Assembly: GCA_038145565.1 (NCBI GenBank)
Contig: JAYQPX010000002.1
Location: 4,729-68,728, forward strand
Reading direction: 5' to 3'
Source of the DNA: Chloroflexota bacterium
GTDB taxonomy: Bacteria; Chloroflexota; Limnocylindria; Limnocylindrales; Limnocylindraceae
DNA: 64,000 nt
Below, piece by piece: positions 17,501 through 24,861 of the stretch. How positions within the stretch are numbered: the first letter of the stretch is position 1; the number at the start of each line of letters is the position of its first letter. The notes below the pieces were generated by a model. That model was given only the letters and a program-made list of their open reading frames with translations, was not told the origin of the DNA and searched no databases. The translations under genes and the position numbers were made by a program.

Positions 17501-18206
17501 AATCGTGACAAACGTGCGAACGCTGGTGACGAAGGCGGGGGCGGCGATGGGAATCCTCACCATTGAAGATCTCACGGGGAGTATCGAAGTCGTTGCCTTT
17601 CCAAAAACCTGGGAGGCCACGCGCCACGCGTGGGTTGAGGGCGAGCCACTGCTCGTTGCCGGCCGTCCCGAACTGCGTGGTGAAACTTGGTCAATCATCT
17701 GTGAATCCGTTTTGCCGTGGGAAGAGGCGCAAGCGCTCACGCCAGAGGGGATCGCGGCGCACTTGGCGAAGAACACTGGGGGGACGCGTCGCTTCGCGCC
17801 TCGCAACAGCACGCCTTCTGGCGCGCTGCCCCGAGGGCTCGTTCCCGAGGAGCGCGAAGGAGAGATCGCGACGTCGCCTCCAGCGCCACCCGCCAGCGAG
17901 GCGGCGGCGGATCCAGTTGAGGCGCCAGCGGGGGCAGCGCTCCACATTCGATTCAGCCCAGGGCAATCGGTGGAGGAGACTGTCCGCGCAATGGAGGTTG
18001 TGAAGTCTGAACTCCGTGCGCGCCCCGGGAGCACCAAGGTTGTCATTTATATCCCGCAGGCCGGAGGGGCGCAGCAGTTACCCATGGAAATCCGAAGCGG
18101 CGTCGCCTGGGATCCAAGCTTCCCTGCGGCGATTCGAGGCCGCGTGGGCGCAACCGCCGTGCGCTTTGACATCCTTGCTGAAGGCGAATCACTCCCTTCC
18201 GCCTAA
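14556..18206 (+). CDS. dnaE: DNA polymerase III alpha subunit
   Basis: 1216 aa, PHP domain HLHVHTEFSLLDG, palm/fingers and OB-fold region; no intein-sized insertion. Confidence 0.97.
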   Translation: MSKKPDFTHLHVHTEFSLLDGMSKIDSLMDETKALGMDSIAITDHGALYGTVQFVQAATKRGIKPIIGVETYVARRGMGDKEGKADQQPFHLVLLATSATGYRNLCRLVTDAHLDGMYYKPRIDLDHLARFSEGLIGLSGCLNGEIARALEVDEWEHARALAGRYGDIFGKDRFYLEVQDHGLPEQKQLNGQLFKLAPEVGLPLVLTNDLHYVKATQQEAHDVLLCIGTASNLETPNRMRFNSGDFYLKSPAQMAALFPDRPELLRNTRVISDAVDFNLALGQLRMPDVEVPKGESVDSWLRKEAERGLVRRYGTASTAARERMEYELGVILKMGYGAYFLIVADFVRFAREQGIATTCRGSAPGSIVTYALGITPVDPLHYDLPFERFLNEDRVTMPDIDIDFEDGRREEVIRYVAQKYGESQVAQIITFGTMAARAAIRDVGRVLGKSYSDVDRLAKAVPEKLGTTLAQARKDSDFKALAESPDYAPLVGLAEQLEGVVRNASTHAAGVVISREPLTEIMALQRATNSDGVMTQIEMHGVEALGLLKFDFLGLANLTILRTAVDRIKATYGVAIDLDTIPLDDAKTFALLASGETSGIFQLESAGMRRYIKELRPTSVFDLAAMVALYRPGPMANIPSYIRRKHGTEAVTYLHPLLEPFLKRTYGVFVYQEDIMAAASALGGFSGPKADTLGYAVRKKKEDVLAGLKQEFITSAAGRGVAPSVIEQVFQAFEPFANYGFNKAHATCYGLIAYQTAYLKANYTVEYMTSVLNAFRNKEDKVATAIAECRRLGIAILPPDVERSQLDFEPEGGAIRFGLLAVKNVGAGAAESIVAARTRDGDFRSLQDLCERIDLRLANKRVFEALAKVGALQKFGHPAQILLALDDVLAAGSSAQRERAAGQVSLFDSAPGLALSLAPTLPHVAEAPTRERLRWERELLGVYLSDHPMNSLAPLLAPHVNAFVSDFSDDSPATEERVTLGAIVTNVRTLVTKAGAAMGILTIEDLTGSIEVVAFPKTWEATRHAWVEGEPLLVAGRPELRGETWSIICESVLPWEEAQALTPEGIAAHLAKNTGGTRRFAPRNSTPSGALPRGLVPEEREGEIATSPPAPPASEAAADPVEAPAGAALHIRFSPGQSVEETVRAMEVVKSELRARPGSTKVVIYIPQAGGAQQLPMEIRSGVAWDPSFPAAIRGRVGATAVRFDILAEGESLPSA

Positions 18207-18241
18207 GGCGCGCTCCACCGAAACACGGCAGAATAGGGGTG

Positions 18242-19267
18242 ATGGCTTTGAAGACATACGCCTCCGTTCTCCTTCGACAGTCTGCCCCTGCTGGCGTTGA
18301 TTGGAAGAGCATGCCGCGCCTCGCACGCGCACTTCTCCTCGCCCGCGCCTCGGTCCTTCCACTCACCGTTGTTGGCTCTGGACAGGGGCTTCTCTACGCG
18401 TGGTGGAAGGGGAGCATCAGTGACACGAGCGCAGGGGTGAGCGGACTACTTCTCGGACTCGCCACATTTGTTGGCGCAAACCTTGCCCATGCCGCGAATA
18501 ACTTGGCGAACGATTGGCGTGATTATCACGATGGCCTTGATCGACCAGGGTATCCACGCGCAGATTACTCGCCACATCCAATCGCGTCAGGTGCGATGTC
18601 CAGCAGGACGCTCTTCCTCACGATCGCAATCATCACTGGCCTCGCGGCCCTCCTTGGTGGCTTCGCGATGGTGATGCGCAGCGAACCACTACTTGGAGTC
18701 TTTGCAGTTGCTGGTCTGATCCTTTCGTGGGGATACACCGATCCACCGCTTCGCCTAAAGCGACGCGGACTCGGCGAGCTCTCCGTCCTCCTCGTATGGG
18801 GGCCGCTCATGGGCGGCGGCACGTACCTTGCAGCAACCGGGTCGATTGACGGAACCGTGCTGCTCGCAACACTTCCATGGGGTGCGATTGCAACCGCAGT
18901 GCTCTTCGGGAAGCACCTCGACAAGATTGAGGCAGATAGCTCGCGCGGAGTTGGCACGCTTGTGGTGCGAATCGGTGAACGGCGCGCGCGCGTCGGAACG
19001 CTCCTTCTGCTCAGTGGCGGCTACATTAGCGTGGCGCTCTTCGGCTTCTTAGGAATCTTTCCGTGGATCGTTGCGCCGCTCGCTGGGCTCGGTGCGCTCT
19101 CAGCACTTCCCGCAATGAAGATTGTTGCCGCTCCGCGTCCGAGTGCTCCGCCGGCTGGATATCCGCTCTGGCCGCTCTGGCATGTCGGTGCTGCATTCCT
19201 TGCTGGTCGACCAGCGATGGGTGCGCTCTTCGTTGGAATGATCCTCGGCACGATCCTCGGAATCTAA
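18242..19267 (+). CDS. UbiA-family prenyltransferase (MenA-like)
   Basis: About 341 aa and polytopic; contains the NxxxDxxxD-type motif NNLANDWRDYHDGLD. The start could be GTG 18239 or ATG 18242. CAGAAT at 18229-18234 lies 7 nt before the ATG. Confidence 0.65.
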   Translation: MALKTYASVLLRQSAPAGVDWKSMPRLARALLLARASVLPLTVVGSGQGLLYAWWKGSISDTSAGVSGLLLGLATFVGANLAHAANNLANDWRDYHDGLDRPGYPRADYSPHPIASGAMSSRTLFLTIAIITGLAALLGGFAMVMRSEPLLGVFAVAGLILSWGYTDPPLRLKRRGLGELSVLLVWGPLMGGGTYLAATGSIDGTVLLATLPWGAIATAVLFGKHLDKIEADSSRGVGTLVVRIGERRARVGTLLLLSGGYISVALFGFLGIFPWIVAPLAGLGALSALPAMKIVAAPRPSAPPAGYPLWPLWHVGAAFLAGRPAMGALFVGMILGTILGI

Positions 19268-19296
19268 CCGAGCGAGTAGCGGTTCTGTCTTAGGCT

Positions 19297-19509
19297 CTAC
19301 TTCGTCTTCGCTTCGGGTCGCGCAATGCGCGCAGGGGGAGTGCTCAGCGCGGTGATCTTCGCAATCTCAACTTCGATGGCAGCGACGCGCGCGGCGGCGG
19401 TTCGCCACTCGGGCGACCCAGGGGTGAGGGATGCACGTTCATTGCGCGCCTGCGCATGCTCTCGCATCAGCGTCTCGCGATCAGCTCGTGAACCGTTGTT
19501 TTCAGTCAT
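19297..19509 (-). CDS. small hypothetical protein (70 aa, helical/charged)
   Basis: MTENNGSRADRETLMREHAQARNERA...; SD-like AAGGGGA upstream. The ORF-track start at 19569 would run into tRNA-Leu, so ATG 19509 is preferred. Confidence 0.45.
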   Translation of the reverse strand: MTENNGSRADRETLMREHAQARNERASLTPGSPEWRTAAARVAAIEVEIAKITALSTPPARIARPEAKTK

Positions 19510-19539
19510 TGCTTCCCCTTGGCGGTGCCGTTCCCTTGT

Positions 19540-19626
19540 TGGTGCCGAAGGCGGGACTCGAACCCGCATGATCTCATCGACCGGCCGATTTTAAGTCGGA
19601 TGCGTCTGCCATTTCGCCACTTCGGC
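19540..19626 (-). tRNA. tRNA-Leu (anticodon TAA), CCA encoded
   Basis: The reverse complement folds as a class II tRNA: acceptor GCCGAAG/CTTCGGC, anticodon loop CTTAAAA, long variable arm, T-arm GCGGGTTCGAGTCCCGC. Confidence 0.9.
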
Positions 19627-19653
19627 CCCCCTATCGTAGCGGGGCGGTGGCTT

Positions 19654-19739
19654 TGGTACCGAAGGTGGGAGTCGAACCCACATGACCTTTCAGTCGACCG
19701 ATTTTGAGTCGGTTGCGTCTGCCATTTCGCCACTTCGGC
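19654..19739 (-). tRNA. tRNA-Leu (anticodon CAA), CCA encoded
   Basis: Reverse complement: acceptor GCCGAAG/CTTCGGT, anticodon loop CTCAAAA, long variable arm, T-arm GTGGGTTCGACTCCCAC. Confidence 0.9.
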
Positions 19740-19747
19740 GCTCCTGA

Positions 19748-19753
19748 ATCCTA
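19748..19753 (-). promoter_or_regulatory. candidate -10 box (TAGGAT, minus strand) 8 nt upstream of the mature 5' end of tRNA-Leu(CAA)
   Basis: The minus strand reads TAGGAT-tcaggagc-GCCGAAG... Confidence 0.4.
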
Positions 19754-19774
19754 GCGGTGCGGCATCATTACGGC

Positions 19775-20428
19775 ATGGGTGAGTTGAAGGGGCTGTCGCA
19801 GCACGAACCGGAGGAGCGTCTACGCCTCCTTGGTGCAGCGCGGGCAGGTGACGCGGAGGCCTTCCGTGCCCTCTTCACTCCCGATCTTGACCTCGCCTGG
19901 AGGATGGCGCTTCGGATCACTGGCGAGCCTGCGAGCGCCGACGACGCGCTGCAGGAGGGACTGATCTCCGCGTACCGCGCTCTCGATCGGGTGGAGCCTC
20001 GTAACCTGCGCGGCTGGTTCGTTCGAATCGTACAAAATGCGGCGCGCGACACGGTCCGCCGGGAGCGGCGTCACCCAACGATCCACATTCAGACGCAAGA
20101 GGAAGAGGGGGGTGGAGCTGAGCGGAGGGGTGTCACAGAACCGTCCGCTGGGCGCGCGAGTGATCCGGCAGGGGTGGTCGAGGGGCGCGAGCTCGCGACA
20201 CAACTGCGTGCAGCTCTCAGGGAGATCCCGGAGGAGAGGCGAACCGCCATCCTCCTCTTTGATGTCGACGGATACACGTATGCCGAGATTGCCGAGATCA
20301 CGGCGAGCTCCCTTGGGACGGTAAAGAGCCGAATCAGCCGTGGCCGCGAGGAGCTGAGGAGCCTCCTCGCAGATCTGCGGCCGGGAACCCAGGGCGGTGA
20401 GCGCTCGTTAGGGGGTAGAGATGAGTGA
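19775..20428 (+). CDS. ECF-type sigma-70 family RNA polymerase sigma factor
   Basis: Region 2 (DDALQEGLISAYRAL...WFVRIVQNAARD) and region 4 (YTYAEIAEITASSLGTVKSRISRGR) are present. The start is ATG 19775 or GTG 19757. Confidence 0.85.
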   Translation: MGELKGLSQHEPEERLRLLGAARAGDAEAFRALFTPDLDLAWRMALRITGEPASADDALQEGLISAYRALDRVEPRNLRGWFVRIVQNAARDTVRRERRHPTIHIQTQEEEGGGAERRGVTEPSAGRASDPAGVVEGRELATQLRAALREIPEERRTAILLFDVDGYTYAEIAEITASSLGTVKSRISRGREELRSLLADLRPGTQGGERSLGGRDE

Positions 20429-20930
20429 CGAACGCCGCCCAACTGCGCCGCATGACGCATCAGTGGATTCTGCTGAGGCGGCAGCCCTGGCTGCCTATCG
20501 CAGGGAGGAGCCGGTCCGTCAGCGTGATCCGTTCCACGGGGCGGCTCTCCAGCAACTCGTCGCAGAAGAGGCGAGCGCTCGTGCAACTAGACAGCACGGC
20601 GGCCCGATCGCGTGGCTCGCACGCTGGTTCAGGAGCGCACCGCGCCCGGCGCTCGCTGGCGCGGCACTCTCCCTGGCCCTCCTTGTCACAGGCGTACCGC
20701 TCGCCTCCCAGCAGCCAACCGTAGAGTCAGCAGTTCGAAGCGACCCTGACGCTGTCATGAGTGAGCTTCCTGGAGCCGAGTCCCTTGAAACCCGCGCAGC
20801 GGATGACGTCGCCGCCGCAGAGTCCCTCGAGGCGATCACAGAGACCCCGTGGCTCCTGATTGCAGGCGCAGTCGGACTCGCCGTCAGTCTTCTCGCCGCT
20901 GAGAGTGTGCGCCGCCGCCAACGCACGTAA
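20421..20930 (+). CDS. putative membrane anti-sigma factor
   Basis: 169 aa, 8-nt overlap with the sigma gene, two hydrophobic segments, no ZAS (HxxxCxxC) motif. The call rests on position only. Confidence 0.5.
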   Translation: MSDERRPTAPHDASVDSAEAAALAAYRREEPVRQRDPFHGAALQQLVAEEASARATRQHGGPIAWLARWFRSAPRPALAGAALSLALLVTGVPLASQQPTVESAVRSDPDAVMSELPGAESLETRAADDVAAAESLEAITETPWLLIAGAVGLAVSLLAAESVRRRQRT

Positions 20931-20978
20931 GCCTGCGACGCGTGCCGAGGTCGCGCCCCGCTGCGCTACGCTCCGTTT

Positions 20979-23852
20979 GTGGAACCGAAGCGACTTCTTC
21001 TCGTTGATGCGTATGGCCTGATCTACCGCGCCTTTCACGCGATCCCGCCGCTGACGAACAGTCGCGGAATCCTGACCAACGCGGCATTTGGGTTTACAAG
21101 CATCCTGCTTCGTGCGATCGCTGACGCAAAGCCAGTGCGCGCGATCGTTGCCTTTGATGCGCCTGGGGCGACCCACCGCCATGAGCGATTCCCTGCATAC
21201 AAGGCGCAGCGACCCTCGATGCCAGATGAGCTCCGATCACAGGTCCCGCTTGTGCGAGACCTTGTTGCCGCGCTCGGACTACCGCTGCTCGAGGCGCCTG
21301 GATATGAGGCGGATGATGTAATTGGCACGATCGCCGAGCAGGCGCGCGCGGACGGGTGGGAGGTGATGATCGTCTCCGGTGACCTTGACATGCTCCAACT
21401 TGTTGGACCGAACGTCTCCCTGCTTCACACGGCGAAGGGTGGCGCCGATGCGATGGTGATCTATGACCCCGCGAAGATCTTTGAGCGATACGGATTGACC
21501 CCAGAGCAAATTGTCGACTTCAAGGCGCTGAAAGGGGATAGCTCAGACAACATTCCTGGTGTCCCTGGAGTGGGAGAGAAGACAGCGGCGAAACTGATCG
21601 CAGCATTCGGCACCCTTGAGGCGCTGTACCAGCGGCTTGATGAAGTGGAACCCGTGCGAATTCGTGAGCTGCTTCGCCAGAATCAGGAAGCCGCCTTCGC
21701 CGGACAAGGGTTGATGACCATTGACCGTGATGCACCTCTGCAGCTACCTGGCGAAGGGGGCACCATCGGTGAGTACGATCGAGATCTTGCGCTTGCGCTC
21801 TTGCGTGAACTTGAATTCCGAGCGCTAATCGGACGCCTTCCGCCACTGCAGGGCGAGGATCGAGAGGCCGCGGCAGAAGCGGTGGCCGCAGCGACAGCAG
21901 GTGCGGCAATCCGAGGCGTGAAAGAACGCCCATCTCCGCTTGTTAGCGCACCGCCGCGCGTGACGAGCGGCGACCTGCAGCTCGGCTTCGACTTCAATGC
22001 GGTGAGCGAGGGGAATCGCGCCGCGGGTCAGCGTGGAGACGCGGTGACAGTTGCGGCCCCACTTCTCGAGACATCCGCCGACCATGGTGCTCAGATCGAA
22101 GCAATCAAGCGCGGTGATTTAGCCGCAGCGGGTGTCCACCATGTCCAGTCGCCAGAAGAGGCGACCCGTCACTTTGGAGTGCTACATCCTCATGGCGTGC
22201 TCGCACTTGGCGGGGAGGGGGTTAATCGCCGAGGTCCATCAGGACCGATGGCCCTTGCGGTTGCTGATGAAGTGGGGGGGCTGATCACAGCCGACGAACC
22301 TGCTGTAATCCATCGACTGCTCACGCTCGTCGCGAGCGCTGGCCGCGATCTCATTGGGCTCGGTGTCAAAGAGATCTTCGGTGCACTGCTGGCGATAGGT
22401 GCCGACCGCCCCCTCCGCCTCGTCGATGACGTGGCGCTAGGGAGCTGGATTGGGAACGTGACGCTGCGCAATCCTGGGCTTGTCGAGGTTGCCGCCGCTC
22501 GCCTCGGAGCCGACATTCCCGAACGGCGTACGCCGTTGCAGACAGCATCACTCTGCGCAGTGGTTGCGCTCGCGTCGCGCGCGGGACTTGATCGTGAGCT
22601 GCGGTCGATTGGGAGCGAACGACTCTACCGAGAGATTGAACTGCCACTGACGGAAGTGTTGGCGCGCATGGAAGGGGCAGGGATCGCCGTTGATCAGAAG
22701 GCACTTGCGCAACTTGGTGATGCGTTCGGGCGTGAGATCACACGCCTTGAGGCGGCTGCGGCATCCTCGGTTGGCCGTGCAGTCGCGCTCGGATCACCGA
22801 AACAACTTGGCGAACTGCTCTTTGGTGAGCTCGGACTCTCACGCGGCAAGAAGACGAAGACGGGGGCGTGGTCGACGGATGCGAGCGTGCTCGAGGAGAT
22901 CCAAGGAGAGCATCCGATCGTTGGCATTGCTCTGGAGTGGCGCACCGTCTCCAAGCTTCAGAGCACATACGTTGAGGCGCTCCCGAAACTTGTGGAGACC
23001 GACGGCAGGATTCACACCACCTTCCAGCAGTCGGTTGCCGCCACTGGTCGCCTGAGTAGCGTGGATCCGAACCTCCAGAACATCCCGATCCGATCCGAGC
23101 TAGGGAGAAAGATTAGGCACGCGTTTGTTGCGGAGCCTGGCCACCTGCTCGTCGCCGCCGATTACAGCCAGATTGAGTTGCGCATCCTTGCGCACGTGAC
23201 ACGAGACCCTCATCTGATAGAAGCGTTTGCGGCGGGTGAGGATATCCATCGTGCCACGGCGTCACGCGTCCTCGAGAAGCCACTCGATCAGGTCAACGAC
23301 GACGAGCGAGCTATGGCGAAGATGGTCAATTTCGGAATTGCCTACGGGATGAGTGATTTTGGGCTTGCGACACGCGCTGGGATCTCTCGTGATGCGGCAA
23401 AATCGTTTATCGCTGGATACTTTGAGCGGTACCCTGGCATCAAGCGGTATATCGACACGATCAAAGAGGAGGCGCGCGCTCATGGGGCGGTGACGACACA
23501 GCTCGGTCGCCGCAGGCCGATCCCGGAACTCCGTGCAGCGAATCCTGGGCTTCGCGCCGCAGGAGAGCGAGCGGCGATCAACCATCCGATCCAGGGAACT
23601 GCGGCCGACATCATCAAGGTGGCGATGATTCGGCTCAGTCCTCGCCTCCGCGAAGCTGGGCTTACGGCGAGACTGATCCTGCAAGTACACGACGAACTCC
23701 TCCTTGAGGCACCGCACGGTGAAGTGGATCGTCTCGTTCCGCTGCTCATTGAGACGATGGAGGGGGCGCTCGCCCTCGACGTTCCGCTCACGGTGGAGGC
23801 GAAGGTTGGCCCCCGCTGGGATGAGATGCAGAGGTGGACCGAGCATGCCTGA
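20979..23852 (+). CDS. polA: DNA polymerase I (5' nuclease + degenerate 3'-5' exo-like domain + polymerase)
   Basis: 957 aa, 5' nuclease LLLVDAYGLIYRAFHA, polymerase motifs DYSQIELR and QVHDELLLE; GTG start. Confidence 0.96.
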   Translation: MEPKRLLLVDAYGLIYRAFHAIPPLTNSRGILTNAAFGFTSILLRAIADAKPVRAIVAFDAPGATHRHERFPAYKAQRPSMPDELRSQVPLVRDLVAALGLPLLEAPGYEADDVIGTIAEQARADGWEVMIVSGDLDMLQLVGPNVSLLHTAKGGADAMVIYDPAKIFERYGLTPEQIVDFKALKGDSSDNIPGVPGVGEKTAAKLIAAFGTLEALYQRLDEVEPVRIRELLRQNQEAAFAGQGLMTIDRDAPLQLPGEGGTIGEYDRDLALALLRELEFRALIGRLPPLQGEDREAAAEAVAAATAGAAIRGVKERPSPLVSAPPRVTSGDLQLGFDFNAVSEGNRAAGQRGDAVTVAAPLLETSADHGAQIEAIKRGDLAAAGVHHVQSPEEATRHFGVLHPHGVLALGGEGVNRRGPSGPMALAVADEVGGLITADEPAVIHRLLTLVASAGRDLIGLGVKEIFGALLAIGADRPLRLVDDVALGSWIGNVTLRNPGLVEVAAARLGADIPERRTPLQTASLCAVVALASRAGLDRELRSIGSERLYREIELPLTEVLARMEGAGIAVDQKALAQLGDAFGREITRLEAAAASSVGRAVALGSPKQLGELLFGELGLSRGKKTKTGAWSTDASVLEEIQGEHPIVGIALEWRTVSKLQSTYVEALPKLVETDGRIHTTFQQSVAATGRLSSVDPNLQNIPIRSELGRKIRHAFVAEPGHLLVAADYSQIELRILAHVTRDPHLIEAFAAGEDIHRATASRVLEKPLDQVNDDERAMAKMVNFGIAYGMSDFGLATRAGISRDAAKSFIAGYFERYPGIKRYIDTIKEEARAHGAVTTQLGRRRPIPELRAANPGLRAAGERAAINHPIQGTAADIIKVAMIRLSPRLREAGLTARLILQVHDELLLEAPHGEVDRLVPLLIETMEGALALDVPLTVEAKVGPRWDEMQRWTEHA

Positions 23853-24861
23853 ACTCCCAGAAGTTGAAACGGTTGCACGTGATCTTGCGCGCCTGGTGGG
23901 CGGCGCAACGATCCTCACTGGGCGAATCCTTCGCACTGCAAATCTCAGCACTCCAGATCCTGAAACGTTTACGCGGGCGATTGCCGGTCGGAGGATTGTA
24001 GGGGTGCGCCGCCGCGCAAAATGGGTGCTCGTCGATCTGGAGGGTGGTCTGATCTTGATGGTCCACCTGCGCATGACGGGTCAACTCGTGGTGCTTCACG
24101 CTACGTCGGCCCCAGATCCGTATGTTCGAGCAGAGCTGCAGCTCAGCGATCAGCGAGTAATTCGATTCCGTGATGTTCGCGCGTTCGGCAGGCTTGCACT
24201 TGTCGCACGGAGAGCGGACGGGACTCCTTCACGTTCGCTTGATCCGAACGGAGAAGCGGCACTTGGCGACCATGGGCCAGAGCCGTTAGAGGCAACCTTC
24301 ACCGCGTCACGGTTTGCGAGCGGTTTGAAGAGCCGCCGTGGCCGATTGAAAAGTCTCCTCCTCGATCAGCGATTCATCGCTGGGCTTGGAAACATCTATG
24401 TCGATGAGGCACTCTGGCGCGCTCGCCTGCACCCGCTCGCGATGGCTGCAGCGCTCCGCACGGCAGAGGCGGAGCGGCTCCATGATGCGATCGTCTCGCT
24501 GCTTCGCGAGGCGGTGGCTGCGCGCGGCTCGTCGATTGACGACTATACGGGACTCGATGGCGACGGTGAGATGCAGGAGCGCCTCGCCGTCTACCAGCGC
24601 GGCGGTGCGCCGTGCATGCGGTGTGGCACCACGATTCGGCGCGTGACACTCGGAGGTCGCGGCACGCACTACTGTCCCCGCTGCCAGTCGCTTCCACGGG
24701 GGCGTCGTGCAGCCGGCACGGCGGGAGACCTGAAGAAGTCCTCCACATTGCGTCGAGGTCCCCGATGGAGCGAGTCACTTGAAGATGGGAGCCTTGGTGC
24801 GACCGCAACGGAGCGCGCGGCGGCGCGTCGTCGGGCAGTCCGCTCTGGCGGTGCGCGATGA
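23845..24861 (+). CDS. mutM: formamidopyrimidine-DNA glycosylase (Fpg/MutM) with a 57-aa basic C-terminal tail
   Basis: MPELPEVETV N-terminus, H2TH, C-terminal zinc finger CMRCG...YCPRCQ. The start is ATG 23845, giving an 8-nt overlap with polA. The ORF-track start 23704 was rejected. Confidence 0.92.
   Translation: MPELPEVETVARDLARLVGGATILTGRILRTANLSTPDPETFTRAIAGRRIVGVRRRAKWVLVDLEGGLILMVHLRMTGQLVVLHATSAPDPYVRAELQLSDQRVIRFRDVRAFGRLALVARRADGTPSRSLDPNGEAALGDHGPEPLEATFTASRFASGLKSRRGRLKSLLLDQRFIAGLGNIYVDEALWRARLHPLAMAAALRTAEAERLHDAIVSLLREAVAARGSSIDDYTGLDGDGEMQERLAVYQRGGAPCMRCGTTIRRVTLGGRGTHYCPRCQSLPRGRRAAGTAGDLKKSSTLRRGPRWSESLEDGSLGATATERAAARRRAVRSGGAR

Noticed and set aside
14556-18206. Inteins or mobile insertions in the large replication/repair genes (dnaE, polA, uvrA, priA, ileS)
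   Set aside because: Lengths are close to family norms and no intein splice-junction blocks or homing-endonuclease motifs are visible. Extra length is explained by low-complexity linkers.
23704-23844. Upstream Met starts offered by the ORF track for mutM. The same issue applies to gatB 12198, the aminotransferase 11053, secF 36198, tpiA 44771, rpsF 49954, ilvE 51133, lspA 57251 and fmt 62269.
   Set aside because: The extensions lie inside the preceding gene and lack homology. Conserved N-termini begin at the downstream starts that create 1-8 nt overlaps.
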